From positions 34,782,001 through 34,846,000 of the forward strand of contig OZ249436.1 in assembly GCA_965235115.1 (NCBI GenBank): a stretch of DNA of 64,000 bases. The letters are read 5' to 3'. Below the pieces are notes generated by a model. It had not been told where the DNA came from, made no database searches, and was given only the letters and a program-made list of their open reading frames with translations. Every line of letters begins with the position of its first letter. Position 1 is the first letter of the stretch. The translations under genes were made by a program, and so were the position numbers. The DNA comes from Laetmonice hystrix. Its lineage: Eukaryota. This document shows, one piece after another, positions 27,448-40,700 of the stretch.

Positions 27448-30400
27448 GGATGTAGGGTGGGATGTAGTCACCCCACAAAGTACGAGAGGGGGTGAGGGTA
27501 GAAGATTCCATCATGTCTGCCGTATTTGTCATGTATCTAATGACGCATGTAACACATAACATTACGGCAGAGTCACCATCCAGACATGTTCCATTAAAAC
27601 AGGCGGGGGGGGGGGCAGGGAGCACTGCTTTCTTTTGTGCTTTCTTTTGGCGTGAGGTGGGTGGCGAGGTTTTGTAAACCTGGATATTGAAAAGGCCAAA
27701 GGTGTATGGAAAGGTGGCAGTTTTTGAGATCATATTTTACTTGTGTTACCGATTTGTTATTATCAAAATTAGATAGATACCAAAACGTTCCACTGAGGAC
27801 ATATCCTATAACAGACGGGAATGTTCAGATCTCGGCCTAGTGTTCTACTTCCTCCGTTAAGTAATAATTACAAATTTGAAGAATTTCACTCCTCTGGAAA
27901 ATAAATGGCATACCTTGAACATTACAGCACTTTACAATAGCGGTGAATGTGAAGTGGGTTGGTTAATACTTATAATCATTTCAAGAGTTATTGTATGATT
28001 TGGATAAAATTATTGGGAGATCAGATCTAGAATAAGCACTTGTATACTCACAATCATATCCCAGTGGTAGTATAGAGCAATTGATATTGAACTGTCATGT
28101 TATTGACGAATTGACACAGATTGGCTCAAGATCAAGTGAAACATTTCTACTCTTTGGAGCTTTGCTAGGCAAGTTCTTCAGCGGCCTTGCTGAGCTCATG
28201 ACTTACGAACACTAGTCTTGATAAAAAAGGGAGATCTACTACACCAGAAAAAAACGGGAGGGTTGTGGTGGTGCGATTGTCAAAAGGAAAGTATAGCTTC
28301 TAGGTCAGCTAGGGGTAAAAAACAAAGGGTGCGGGATCCTGATAAACAAAGCCAGACATTTGTCTCCATCAGCTTTCCGAGGACTCGGCTTTCCACGGAT
28401 TGGTAGGAGTGTGATCCCGGGGTCGGAAGCTGGGGGTTAGTGGGCTGAGAGTGTGAATCAGTATAGGCTGAATCACAACGGCCCCTATCACTGCACTGTA
28501 ATGTCATGAGGCAGGCTGGCAGCCAGCTCTGAAGAAAGGTGATTCCAACGTAATAGTAGTTACGAGCGTACCCGTGCGCATGTTGTAAACGGAGTGATGG
28601 AAAAAGCTCTCTTTTTTTAACATTTTTATTGCCTTCTTACCATTTTTACCATTTAGTAGGACATGCAATTTGTTTACAACATTACTAGTTTTACGAGATT
28701 GTACTAAGAAAGTTTTCTCTTGTAAGCACGCGACATGGTGTATAGAACAGTATTCTGTGTCTGAAGGCCCCGCGACAAACACGCAGAGGTCGGGGTCCCG
28801 AGCTGTTTTTCCAGGCATTCAGAAGTCTCCATGCAAATTATCTCTCTGCATCAGATATACCAACTAAAATGAAATGTTCACCAGACCTGCAAGTCTACAG
28901 ACACACGTTTCTGGCTTATTGCGCACATACAGGCACTAACTTTGTATCGAGGCTGAGTGATTTACGAAAGCGTGACATGAATTCCGACAGGCATGATGGA
29001 AACCTTTGACATTAGAGAACAGACACGAGCAATGTGGCGTTCCGCCAGTGATGGAAGACTAGTTGTGTCCGTGGAGAAACAGAGTTCGAGAGTTCTTTAT
29101 AGTCAAAGTTTGCAGACTGGAAGGTACGGTGGCCTTAGACGACATCGGAACCATAAACCTAGGAGTTATGGGATATTATGGGATGTCTGTTCTGAGGGTC
29201 CCGGATATCATAAAGTAGCAGTTGTAAATACACCTGGCGGCAAGGATCGGCGGTATAACCGTCAGAAACCTGTAGAGTCTTGTTGCCGGTATGTCTAGTC
29301 ATATTGGTGTATGCATAGATCATTATATATACACACGTTATGCGTGTCTATATGTATGTATACACGCATGTATATTGTTCTTCTCGCTTTGATCCAAACA
29401 GTCGTCTCCTTGTTTATATGATTAGACGGTGGCACTGGGAGATAGTCTTGGATGAATAAACTGTGTGGGTAATACGATGTGGGTACGGTGTCTTGCTGAG
29501 TCTGATGTATAACAGTGCTGGCGCGTGTCGTAAAAACACAGTCAGGTTTTCCAGTGGTAACGCAGACAGATGGAGAGCCGTATATTGCCAGGTTTGCTGC
29601 TGCTGCTGTGGCCTTCGAATGGTCACGAGTTGGCACTGAGCCTGCATGTTGCCACCAACGATTTCTGAAACAGGATATATCGAACCAAAGCACCAATTAT
29701 TGTTGGTACCGGTGAGCCAGGGGTAGGAGGAGAGTACCCACTGCACTGGTCGTCATCCACTAGCCGGTGGTAGTTAGTGTGGAGAACAGGTAGTTTGAGG
29801 TTATTATTTGTATATTTAGAGGTTGAGACGACACGGAGCTGTAATGGAAAGTTATGGTTGTGGCGAGCTGTCGGTGGAGGTTGTAAAACCTTACCCGGCT
29901 CAGTGGGTGATGATTGGGGATCGAGTTGGAAGTCTGAACGGCCACCTGGCACCACACAGGGATTCGTGCAGCATTAACAGGCTACTTTTAATACGTGAAC
30001 ACCTATAGATCTCCACTCTCTCCCTGGAACAGGGGAAAATGAGTGTCAATCCTGGTTTATTAGTTATCCGTTAACATGATGGTATCCCGTGGAGTGTCGA
30101 TGGGGGCACTGAGGAATGCTTCCAGTGGAAGTATTGACTGGCCATAAACGGCACTGCTTACTGGAGAATATTGATGGTTTATGAAACGGTAATGATTGAC
30201 GTAGAATTTTGCTGGCCCATGAATAGGACTATCTGGGATGGGTACATCAAAGTTCATTTTGATCTCTTATTATAAACAGTATAGAGCTTTGGGAATGAGA
30301 AGAATCTCCTTGTTTCTGACCTGTGTACGCTAATCAAGCTATGGAACCTGAGGCATGCCAGTAATTCTGTCTGAAGGTAGCCCAGGGCAGAAACAGGTTG

Positions 30401-32494
30401 GCCTATGTCGAATCCAACACTTTAGTGTGACAACTTTTAATGGGCACAGACAAGTGTCATTTTAGACCCTGACGTGCGGAATGGCTGAATGACACAAGCT
30501 GACAAGGGCGATGTTTTTTGGGATGTTTTTTTTAGTTCATGCATCAGTAATGTTATTGTCAAAGTCAGCTGTCGGGGATAACTTGTGCTGTTGGTTGCCA
30601 AGACGAAATCTCAACAGTGGCGTCACAACAATGGAGTACAAGAGAGGGGTATTCTCTTCGGCGCTCTCCGTGTGAGTTAGACACAGAGTCAGGGGGAAGT
30701 TGACATAACCCCTGGGACCCGGAGAGTGTCAGACTCGGAGCGTGCCGTGACAACAGATCACAGCTAAAGGGATGCTCCTGACTGGAGAAAACGGGCACCT
30801 CAGCTTGGAGGAATCTTAGCGAGATAGCGGGGGTCAAAGGGAGCCGTAGAGCATACGTAAGGGTGAGAGGGCGGGGGGTAGTAGTAACTAGTAAGATACA
30901 GATGCTGAGAGGAAGGCAGCTGTAGGGGGTGAGGGTGAATCACAGAATCACCAACACCATGAACTTTCTGCCGTCTCGGCAGTGATATACGAGCAGAACA
31001 TCACTGTATGTACTCCTCGGAGGGTTGCTGAAGTTTGGGGCCGGGTGGGCGGGGGGCGGACTGTGGTGAATTTGAAGCCAGCCAATGGGCGGTCACTAAC
31101 TCATCGGATCAGTTACCCTCAACATCCTGGCTGTCTTCAGGGTAGTCTCCCACCACCAATCACCCCCTGCGTTCACACACGCCCGCCAGGCCGCCCGCAC
31201 CGACACCCCACCCCCACACACCCACACACAGGCATGGGTGAGTGCGCTCTGAGCAATGATGCAATCTCCATGTCATCAGAAACTTGTACACAAAAACACA
31301 CTCATGGCAGATCGGATAGCTATGGCGCATTTATCCAGTGATGGCCAGCCTGATGGAACCCCCACCCCAGCCCCCCCGTTTTTTTCATTTTGTACCAAAT
31401 TGCTGGCTGCTGCTACAGAAACTCGCATCCATCCATGTTGGCCCTACTGACCCGCCAGGAAAACACTGAGCAGAGACGGGGAGGAAATGAGTTGCCCCTC
31501 GTGGCCGATCTCCGAAATGACCAGGATGTTGGACTGTACCACAAAGCAACTATATCAAATCAAGGAGCCAACATAGGGGAGTGGTGTCTGAGTAATGGAC
31601 ACCTGAAAAACACAACTTTGAAATGCGTTGGAAACGAACTTGCAATTCCTGGTAAAGCCCTGCGAATTTGTCATTAGTCCCGGCGAAAGCCAGATGAAAA
31701 ACGTGGGGAAAATATCTTAGGTAAATACCGCTTGATGTGTAGATAATGACCAAGGGACAATGAAACTTGCGGCTTACCACACTTGATATTTCACCCTGAC
31801 AGAGGCAACATTTTACAGTAGGCAATGGCCCTTGCATTGCTGGGAAGTTGCAGCGTGGTTGAGGTTTATGGTCTTTGTAATTGGGTTTATCCTGATAGGA
31901 ATGTGGCAACATGGTACAAATGAAATATTGATTTACCAGGAGAGGAAAATAGGCTGATGCAGTATCATCACCGGCTGTTGTGGAATTCGGTCCGGATGAG
32001 TCAGGAGTGAGGCGATGAGAGGCCAGCAACCAGAAACCACATCAGCCGCCGACTGAACCGTTATCACCTTGTAGCCAGATCCAGAAGATGTTCGGTTCCT
32101 TGTGCCGTTGGCAATCTCCTCCTGTCTTCGTCTGGGTCCTCCGTAATGGGTGGCGTGCTTGTGCACGCTGATAGAGGCCGGATGGTCACTGACAGAGGTC
32201 CTTGTACTGTAAGAGCGCTAGAAAACATCTTCATGTTTTATCGGTATAGGGACAGAACGAGAGAACAACCATGGAACATGTTACCCTTATCAGTGGTAAA
32301 TGCTTTCAGAGTGCTGAACACTTGCAGCATCTGTGGTTTAAGTCAGCCAAAACAAAATAATGTTCTGTAGTGTTAGTGAAGAAAGGAGAGGATAATATTG
32401 TACTTTATGGATTCTGAGGCCGTGTTCTCTATACATCTCTTAAAGAAGTGACAATAGATACGAAAAAACGCTACATTTACATCATTGTCTATGA

Positions 32495-32585
32495 ATGAAA
32501 AACTGTTATGGTGAAATATCAGTGACTGCCTAGATCGTATTATGAAAAACTGCTATGGTGAAATATCAGTGACTGCCTAGATCGT
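32495..32585. repeat. 47-bp tandem duplication, about 2 copies
   Basis: atgaaaaactg(t/c)tatggtgaaatatcagtgactgcctagatcgt occurs at 32495 and 32542. Confidence 0.9.
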
Positions 32586-33277
32586 GTTTTTCCTTCCTGA
32601 ATCCAGAAGGTAAATCGTTCGGAAGATAATATGGTACTTTTCCCCGTAATTGAACCCGTATCAACGTGTGTGTGTGTGTATCGGCGATGGCTTATATTAT
32701 AGAGAGGTCTGCACCAGCTGTGTGTGTCGTTATAGAGGCTTATATTATCAGTGAACATGCCACGATGGAGGTAAAAATACCACACCACACGGGGATTTGT
32801 TATTTTTGATGAATGTACCTGTGTATGCCTTCAAGTAAATATGCAGGCGTATGAGGAATAAACACACTCAGAATGTATCAATTTTTTCTATCGGTTTTTT
32901 TGTTAATAGTGACAGGTTCACACTAGAGGACTGCAAATTTATGTGTTTATCACAAGATAAACGTACATAGCGGCCTTTAGATTTGATGGGGGACCGAACC
33001 ATCAGATGAAGCGCTTGTCAGACGTCTAGTCTGGCAGGAATGTTTGTAGGCGAACCGGTCTCCTGCCCCCAGACCTCTTTAGAAGAGACACCGTCATGTA
33101 AATCGGAAGAAATGAAGAGATGTAAAACATATAGTGTCCTTTGGGTTGAAATATCTGTTAATGAGCGTGCATGATCAAGGCGTGAGTGGGTAATTTGTGG
33201 AGGGAAAAGTAGGCCAATTACCAAGAGGACGTCTGTGAAGGCGTTTGGAGACTCGCATGATTAAACGATGTCACAAG

Positions 33278-33407
33278 AAGATACTGCGTACATGACGCCT
33301 TTGTATGATTATGTCAGTAAAGATACTGCGTACATGACGCCTTTGTATGATTATGTCAGTAAAGATACTGCGTACATGACGCCTTTGTATGATTATGTCA
33401 GTAAAGA
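33278..33407. repeat. 42-bp tandem repeat, 3 identical copies
   Basis: aagatactgcgtacatgacgcctttgtatgattatgtcagta x3; 14-aa period in the ORF track. Confidence 0.95.
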
Positions 33408-34938
33408 CCTTGGACAACACGTCACTTGTAATGTTGGGAGGTACAACTGTTGTTGTTCCAACACGGGATGCAATCGGAATCTCGTGTTCGGGGACGGTTG
33501 TTGCCGCGACCCTTGGTACGTCCGATCGTGTGTCAGGAACAAAAACTGCACCAATTACCACTAATGATCCATTATTGTTAGGTTGGGGGAGGGGGGGGGG
33601 TAATCCCAAACAGGAGACGGTAATCCCACCCCCTCACAGCCCCCACAGTCCACTGATGTGGTTCGGACGGGCAGGACCTTTGGATATACTGTGATCAATA
33701 CAGCCGCCCCCGCAATGATCGATGGACCCGCTCGTTTGGACACTTGTTAGGGGTGACTGGTCCCATCGGGAACAGCGGCGGAAATGGTCCATGTCTACGC
33801 CGCTGTAAGGCCCTGACCAAACTAGGGATGAGAGGACACGGCCAAACGACCTGCCTCACCCAGGCTCCATCGCCAACTCTATCACAAACCCACATTGAGC
33901 TCGCTGCCTTCCCCTCAATGGAAGAGGCAATTCGCCGACCGAACAAATAAAGGCTGCGGAGAAAATATACGAGAACATATTCCCAAAGTGACAATGGGTT
34001 TTAAGCAAATAAAAATGTTTTGTAAAGAGGCCATCATGACGTGAGGCGGGATGCCTTAACAAAAGGCGTGGAGGCTGGCCTGGAGTCAAGCCATGAGCCG
34101 CTGGCATTCTGTACTTCTGAACAGGTCTGGCAGCAAGATCTTTATTGAGTTACTCTAGATCATTATCAAATTTGTCCCAATGGGAAATGCATACAGATTT
34201 GGGCGGCGGTGAAAATAGACCATGGAATAGAGATTGGTTGATAGGCAGAGTCTGACAGCCAAGGGGCTATGTGCGGAAAGGTTCACAAAGAACAGCCCGT
34301 GGAGTCAGCTATGGTTTGAGACACTTTGGTTCACACAAATGCCGCGTGCCAGAACGGCAATAGGTGGCCAGTAGCAGTGAGGCAATATAATGGTCAGTGA
34401 GGCTGTGCCCATTGTTGTCGATGATATCTCCCATCATCTGAGCATGAGTGCTACATCGGGAAAAGCAGAACCATAATCGGGACAGACGGCCTGAATTAGG
34501 TACATAAACTTGCATGAATGGTTGGAAGAGCTGTCTGCATTATTCAGCAACTCCCATTGGTGGCTGACATCAAAGCTGAAGGATTGGCCGCGACATGAAC
34601 AGCCCAGAAGATAAACCATTTACATCGCCTTCCCACGCAAACTGTGTCGGTTCCCGGAAAAACGATCGGCACTCGGTGAAGACTTTATTGTTGTGATGAC
34701 AAATCGGAGACAACGTTCCCTCACTGTGATAGAATTTTAACTGGTTCTCGAGATACTAAATATTTGTCGATTCCGATCAGCATTAACAGATATGATGTTC
34801 ATGATTTAATATATTTCTACTATACCATAGTGCTGCTATATTGATCACATTGAATTTTATATTAATTAGGTGGGTTGGGTAGAATGGTAAGACCGTACTC
34901 GGGACAGTGTAAGGACAGTGTACCAAACAGACCATGCC

Positions 34939-35135
34939 CAGTGGGGAATCCAGGATTTTGATAAAGGGGGGCTCACCAGGATTTTGATAAGGGGGCACCA
35001 GGATTGTGATAAGGGGGGGACCTACATTTTTGGGGGATTTCGACTGTACTAATGCATCTTCATAAAAAAAAGAAGAAAAAGGAAATCTAAGGGGGGCGTG
35101 CCCCTTAGCCCCCCCCCCCCCCGGATCCCGCACGG
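34939..35135. mobile_element. 197-bp MITE-like element with imperfect TIRs and a candidate 5-bp TSD (ATGCC)
   Basis: Left end CAGTGGGGAATCCAGG matches the reverse complement of the right end at 12/16. ATGCC flanks both sides (34934-34938, 35136-35140). It has three internal caggatt(t/g)tgataa-G-run repeats and a terminal C14 tract. Confidence 0.6.
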
Positions 35136-35318
35136 ATGCCGTACTTTTAGTGAAAAATGGATATGAAGAAAGGGTGAAGGTGTCTCCATACTTAATATGG
35201 TTGAAATGATCGAAAAGATAATAACTTTCTATTATGAGAGCGTTTCCTTGACAATTCCTATGTCGTGTGGCCGACCGTAGTCTCAACTAATATGTTTTTT
35301 TTCTATTCTATGTTTCAG

Positions 35319-35373
35319 GAATATGGTCTATAATGTCAGTTTGAAAAACGACCGCACACTACATTTAAATAAG
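35319..35373 (+). CDS. Sema1a: Semaphorin exon B: (R)NMVYNVSLKNDRTLHLNK
   Basis: tgtttcag acceptor and AAG|gtaagt donor; 55 nt, phase 2 to 0; completes GAR-N-x-VYN-x-SL. Confidence 0.88.
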
Positions 35374-36508
35374 GTAAGTGTCGTCTCCTTTGACTCATCC
35401 AGCGCAGCTGACTTTTAACATATAAGTTTGGACAAATCAGTGTAGGATGGTTATCTTAATATTGGACATGAAGGAAAGACAACTTTCAGTGATAATAGGT
35501 CGGAATGCCATGTCCAATATTTAGATAATCATATGTCTGTGTTGGTCTGTTTTGGCCTGTCTCACATATGTTAGACGACATTGGGAACTAGACGTGTAAT
35601 TACGTCATTGGTCCATTGCCCGGTGGTGTATGTGTATCACCAGACTGGGGATGTATTGAAAGCATTCAGTAATTAACGCCCAGAGCTAGACAATGTGTAA
35701 AATTAGATTGTAGAAAAAAAGGCAATATGTACAATTGTATCAGTGATTGTATGTAATGGACGGACAAAGAAATAGTCTCTGTGGGTATAGTATGGCACAG
35801 CTTTGACGAGACGAACAGGGATGCCTTGAATATTGCTGGCCTGGCTGTATTATCTAAAGAAGTGGGTAATATCCGTGTATCCAAGCTGATCCTGTACATT
35901 TATAATCGCCATACTGGTTCGTAGAGGTACCGCACGTTCAGCCAGCGAAATGTTACAATGACAATACGTTCATTGTGTGTAGAAACGATCCCTATTATCA
36001 GACGTCATGTTTTGTACTTTGAGTTATACTATTTCAGTAAACTGACTGTGTATCGCATTCATTGTCAGAACAGCCAGCCGTAATTATTTTTTCAAGGCAC
36101 CAGTATATAGGATCGGTTCAACGCAGAAACAATGCCGTCCGTGTGGTCCTGTCGTATGGGGGCCATCCGCTTGTAGCACGGGGTGTGGGAAGTTTCCGAC
36201 AGGCTCCCGTCGTTCTGGGCCTCTCTCCTTTAGTCTCTGTATGAAGCTTCTAAAGATATGTAAAAAATACTTGGTTGTGGCAATACGTTGGTCCCGTATC
36301 CTATATATAAACTTCCAACCACTTTGGAGGTTGTCGTACCGTGAGAAATATATGACACTCGCACAACAGACATGAGGCTATTTCAATGTCTACGGGTACG
36401 TCGATATATGTTTGAGGAATATAATGAGATAACATAGGTCCTGTATGGAATTAAAATAATGTCGCTCAGCGCCTCCTGTTCCCCAGGAACATGTTAGATA
36501 GGAGGTCA

Positions 36509-37340
36509 TCAGGTTAACTTACACAGAGATTCAGTGGTGGTAATAGGAGTGGAACATTGTTCTTGTATAGCACTTATGTGATAACGACACAGACAAATGG
36601 ACCGGGCGGTTGGATGTGGCACTGAGAGGGTTGTATGATGGGATGCGTTTTGATCCAACTCATCTTGCTCGGTAAAATTACATGCCTGTGGCTGTCCTTT
36701 GTACACCACTGTAGTCGGCATTCCAAAATCTATTGGAAGATACCCCGCAATTGTCTCTTGCTTTGAGAGATTATTTTCATTTTTGAGAGCTTGCCATATC
36801 ATTAATATCAGCCAGTCCAGAAACGCTGGAGCGGTCATTGTCAGAGGCAAATGCTGGAAATAATAGATATGGCTATGGCTCAAAAACCGGTGAAGAAAAA
36901 TGAGACAACTAAAAAATAAAACCGTGATCTCAGCGACAAGTTCAGCCTGTTGGCCTGGTTATTGGACACTGGTAGGATCTGATTGGATCCCTGAAAATAA
37001 CCCAAGTCACACAAGTATTCAGAAATGTGTATGTCTATCAATGATTCTATGTCTGGACCTTGGGCCTGCATTGCTAGGCGTATACGTAGGCATATTATGT
37101 GTGCTTTTGGCTTTTCTTGTGTAGCTTTCTATCTGCAGCCCTTTTCCTTTTCTCAGATTTCTTTCTCCTTTTCTATTATTCATTGCACTGCGTCTGGAAT
37201 TCTCCAGGGTTCTTTAGAATTCAGATATTTTTCTTTATTTTTCACTTTGACATCTTCTTTTGATGGTCTCTTTTCTCCTATTTGTGACTCTTCTCTGCGC
37301 TGTCTCCGTGCCTGTGATACTCACAGGTGTGTGTATACAT
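36509..37340 (-). pseudogene. Decayed coding remnant, possibly the ORF1/gag-like (zinc-knuckle) protein of an L1/Tx1-type LINE
   Basis: A minus-strand K/E-rich stretch is followed by ...GYLPIDFGMPTTVVYKGQPQAC, which resembles the IP..i.i.g....v.Y.GQPxTC motif that precedes the CCHC knuckle. It has stops and frameshifts. Motif recall only. Confidence 0.35.
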
Positions 37341-37606
37341 TGAGCAGCCAGACAGTGTTCGTGTTAGTGAATGCAGGGGATGCTAAGTTAGACCCTGATA
37401 GAAGCAATGACTCATGCATACCTACCTTATGCATCCGCACAGCCAGCAAATGGAGGCTGAGATTAAGAGGCAGGTACATTTTCAGGAATAGATTTCCATA
37501 AGCGCATAAACATAGTCGGAGGCCCTAAATGTTATTCAGTGTATCTTAACCTCCAGTCTAGGCAAACAATGATACGTATGGAATAAAATTAATGAAGTTT
37601 CATTTT

Positions 37607-37613
37607 CTGCTCT

Positions 37614-37705
<92 letters not shown>
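37607..37705. repeat. (CTG)n trinucleotide repeat, 33 Leu-type triplets, with a pure (CTG)23 at 37637-37705
   Basis: Read directly; gives poly-L on + and poly-Q/poly-A on -. Confidence 0.98.
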
Positions 37706-37706
<1 letters not shown>

Positions 37707-40700
37707 GGTTGCGGCTGCTGCATCCTCGCACGACCAAACCACAAATTTGTCTGTGGTACTATACTACTTGTTGTGTAACTGAGCGGTGAAGAAACCACAA
37801 ACGAAACCACAGCATCACGTGACAGACCCGGCTGTAGTGTCGCCTCCTAACTCCATTACCTCGAGTCCCCCCCCCCCACCACCACCAACCCCCACTCCTC
37901 ACCCACCCATTCCCACTCCTCACCCACCCACTTCCACTCCCAGGGACGCCATGGTCTGTTAGTTCGCCATCACATCACAAACGTGATGTAACCAAGTTTT
38001 ACTTGACAGGAGGCATTGATGCACTGTTCTCCCATGGCCTCTGAAAGATTAGTGACGGATTTTAATAAATGTAGCTAAATGTAATGGAAAGGTGGCCAAA
38101 TTGTGTTATCGGCTTTCAGGTATAAGGGAAGGAGATTTGACCTGTCATTGAGCACAAGTAGTAGATATTCAGACACGGTGCTTTCATTGCGTGTCTAGAT
38201 TTCACCCTCTTCCAATAACAGCATCAGTACACCGTACAACTTGGAAAGACAGAATCTCATTTCCGAAAGTTCTTCAGCTACTCGGTTCATTAAATTGCCA
38301 TTTATTTTTCCATGAACTATTTAAAGTTCAGACCGTGCTAAAACCGCCCCACATTTCGACTGCTTACAGGCAATGAATCGTTTGTAATTTAAGGCAAGTG
38401 TTGATTTCCTGAAATCCAAACCCTTTAATTCCTACGACTGTCACGGGAGATTTGCTGTATGGCCCTTCTGTAGAGGGCAATTATCGATGAAGATCTGAGT
38501 CATCCCATGTGATCAAGGCCCCTGGGAATTGCCTATTCACTTCTCAGCCTTTCCAATTATCGGTAGTAATAAGAACAGGAGATTAAACAATTCCAATTCA
38601 TAATTGCCTTGATCAGAACTAATTCTGGCGAGCAGCAGTGAAAAAGGCGCTACCGAGATGGTAGCAGTCAACAGTTAGCGTCCCAAAATATTCTAAAGGC
38701 TTCGAGATAGAAAGAATGCGGTCGAGGGAGCACAAAATAGTATTGAAAGGGCATTTTGGAGCGAAAGGCATTCTGTCATGATGGCAGAAAAACGAGGCCC
38801 ATGACATAATGGTTTACCGAACGGTAAATAGGGAAATCCCTGTTACGGAGGTATTCCTTTTTTAATTTTTTTAGGGGGGGGGAGGCGGTAGTAATTTGTG
38901 GCAGTGTGATATCTATAGTCGTGCAGTAAAAACCTCTCTACCACCCTGAACCCGCCATGGGTGTTTTGTATTCTAATTTCCTCATTGTCAGTTTCCCTGC
39001 TCGTCGCTTGGCTTTCTCCGGCGTGATTTGAGAATCTAGGGACGTGTCTGAGGTACTACTGGTAGGTGAAGGAGGCGTGGCACGGGTCAGCAATTGTAAC
39101 GAGACCCAGGTCACAGGAAGGCAGGGAATTCGAAGGGCCAGGCCTGCCGATACGATTCCGATCCGTTTTAACCTCACGGGGGTGCCTGAAAGACGTCAGG
39201 TTAGCATCACCTTTTCGGGGGAAATTGATTTCATTCCCGGCCGCGTGTCCCTTGGAGGCATCCAATTTGTGGTCATTTGTATGCTACCTCTCAGCAGGTA
39301 TAGTGTCGGGCCTGGCTCGAGGCGACATCAGTGGGTTAGTCTGGCCAAGCGGAGATTTACTTAACTGTGGCAATGACGAGCCGTCCAGATTGACTAATGG
39401 ATTGATTGATTGATTGATAGATTTATTGATGGTACGACATGACAAGGATTTTCTCACTATGACATTGTAAAACGATATCTCCATCATTTCACACTGACAG
39501 CCGGTCTGATCTCAGAAGAAACTTGAGCACAATTTTCATAGACAGCAATTATCAGTCTAAAGGATGTCCATGTGATTGCATGTAAAGTGATCTGCCAGAT
39601 TCACAACAACCCCCTAAAGGTTTGCATTATACAGAGATGTGCAGTGTATTTGAGATGACGTAAGCTCGCATCAGATGAGCTCAACGCAAACATCCCTGAA
39701 CAAACGACGGAGTTAAAACATGGCGACTGGTGTGAAGTCGGTTTGTGAGATCAATAAACAAAACGTGGGGAGTAGATTCAGCGGGAGAGGCAAACCAACT
39801 GGAACGAAGGTAATTAGTTGGACGAATAACCAAATAAATCCGTGCTGGCTCGTTGATTGGGATCCACAAAACTTGAGGCCGAGAGTGTTGGGTTACATAA
39901 CGATTATAATTGCCATCACTTGGACCTTTTACTCTCCCACACGCTCCGGGTCCTTGTCACGATCGTGAGAAAGTCATACACACATTGTCGACTGGTAAAT
40001 ATGTATATCTTACACCGACACCAAGAGCTGTTGGTACTAGTATCATATTGGTGCACACTTGCCCATCAAGTGGATTACAGGGATTCAAATTCGGTCTTTC
40101 GCTTTTCTTTCCACTTTCTTTACATTTCTTTCCTTTCATACTTGTGGTGTTTTTCTTGCCCGGCGGAGGGGGCCGTCCGGTGAGAGTTTGAGGAACCGGT
40201 TGAGGACCGCTCGGTGTTCAATAGAGGACCCCTTGTCTGGCAGAGGACCCCTCCGAGACATCTGATCATACGGAGGGCTACTATTGTAAGATACTGTTAA
40301 AGCACTTGATCTGGGTTCCAAAAGGCCGGGAAACCCCGACTTCTGGTGAGACCTTTAGAGCCCGTTTCATTGATGTCCAAATAAGGTGTTTCTGATGCCG
40401 TCAAAAGCTAGCCCGGGTGGTTCACGGCACCACTATTGAAATGTTTCCACAATGGCTCACGTAGGCATTAATTGTGTTGTCGTGATCAGTGGAACTCCAC
40501 GCCTGAAAATAACGGCAGCCCATTCACCAGGCTGTGCATGGAGACGACTCATTGAGTGATTACAAAGGTAGGATGAACCGGAGACATTTAGGAAATGCCG
40601 GGATTGCTGCAGAATAGGATTGAGACCAGGCTGTTAGAAGTTGTAACTAGCTCTACTTTTAACCGCCGTGGTCTTGGTGGAATTCGGCCTTGAAGATATA

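Noticed and set aside
26872-27733. ORFs of 169-279 aa with 11-aa repeats
   Set aside because: Artefact of the stop-free frames of the 33-bp minisatellite.
28504-28818. YCSIHH...NVVNKL resembling the hAT CxxH region
   Set aside because: Only a short motif resemblance, with no RW motif or TIRs found; cannot be supported without an HMM search.
37536-37810. Poly-Q and poly-A ORFs on the minus strand
   Set aside because: Alternative frames of the CTG/CAG microsatellite with no supporting exon structure.
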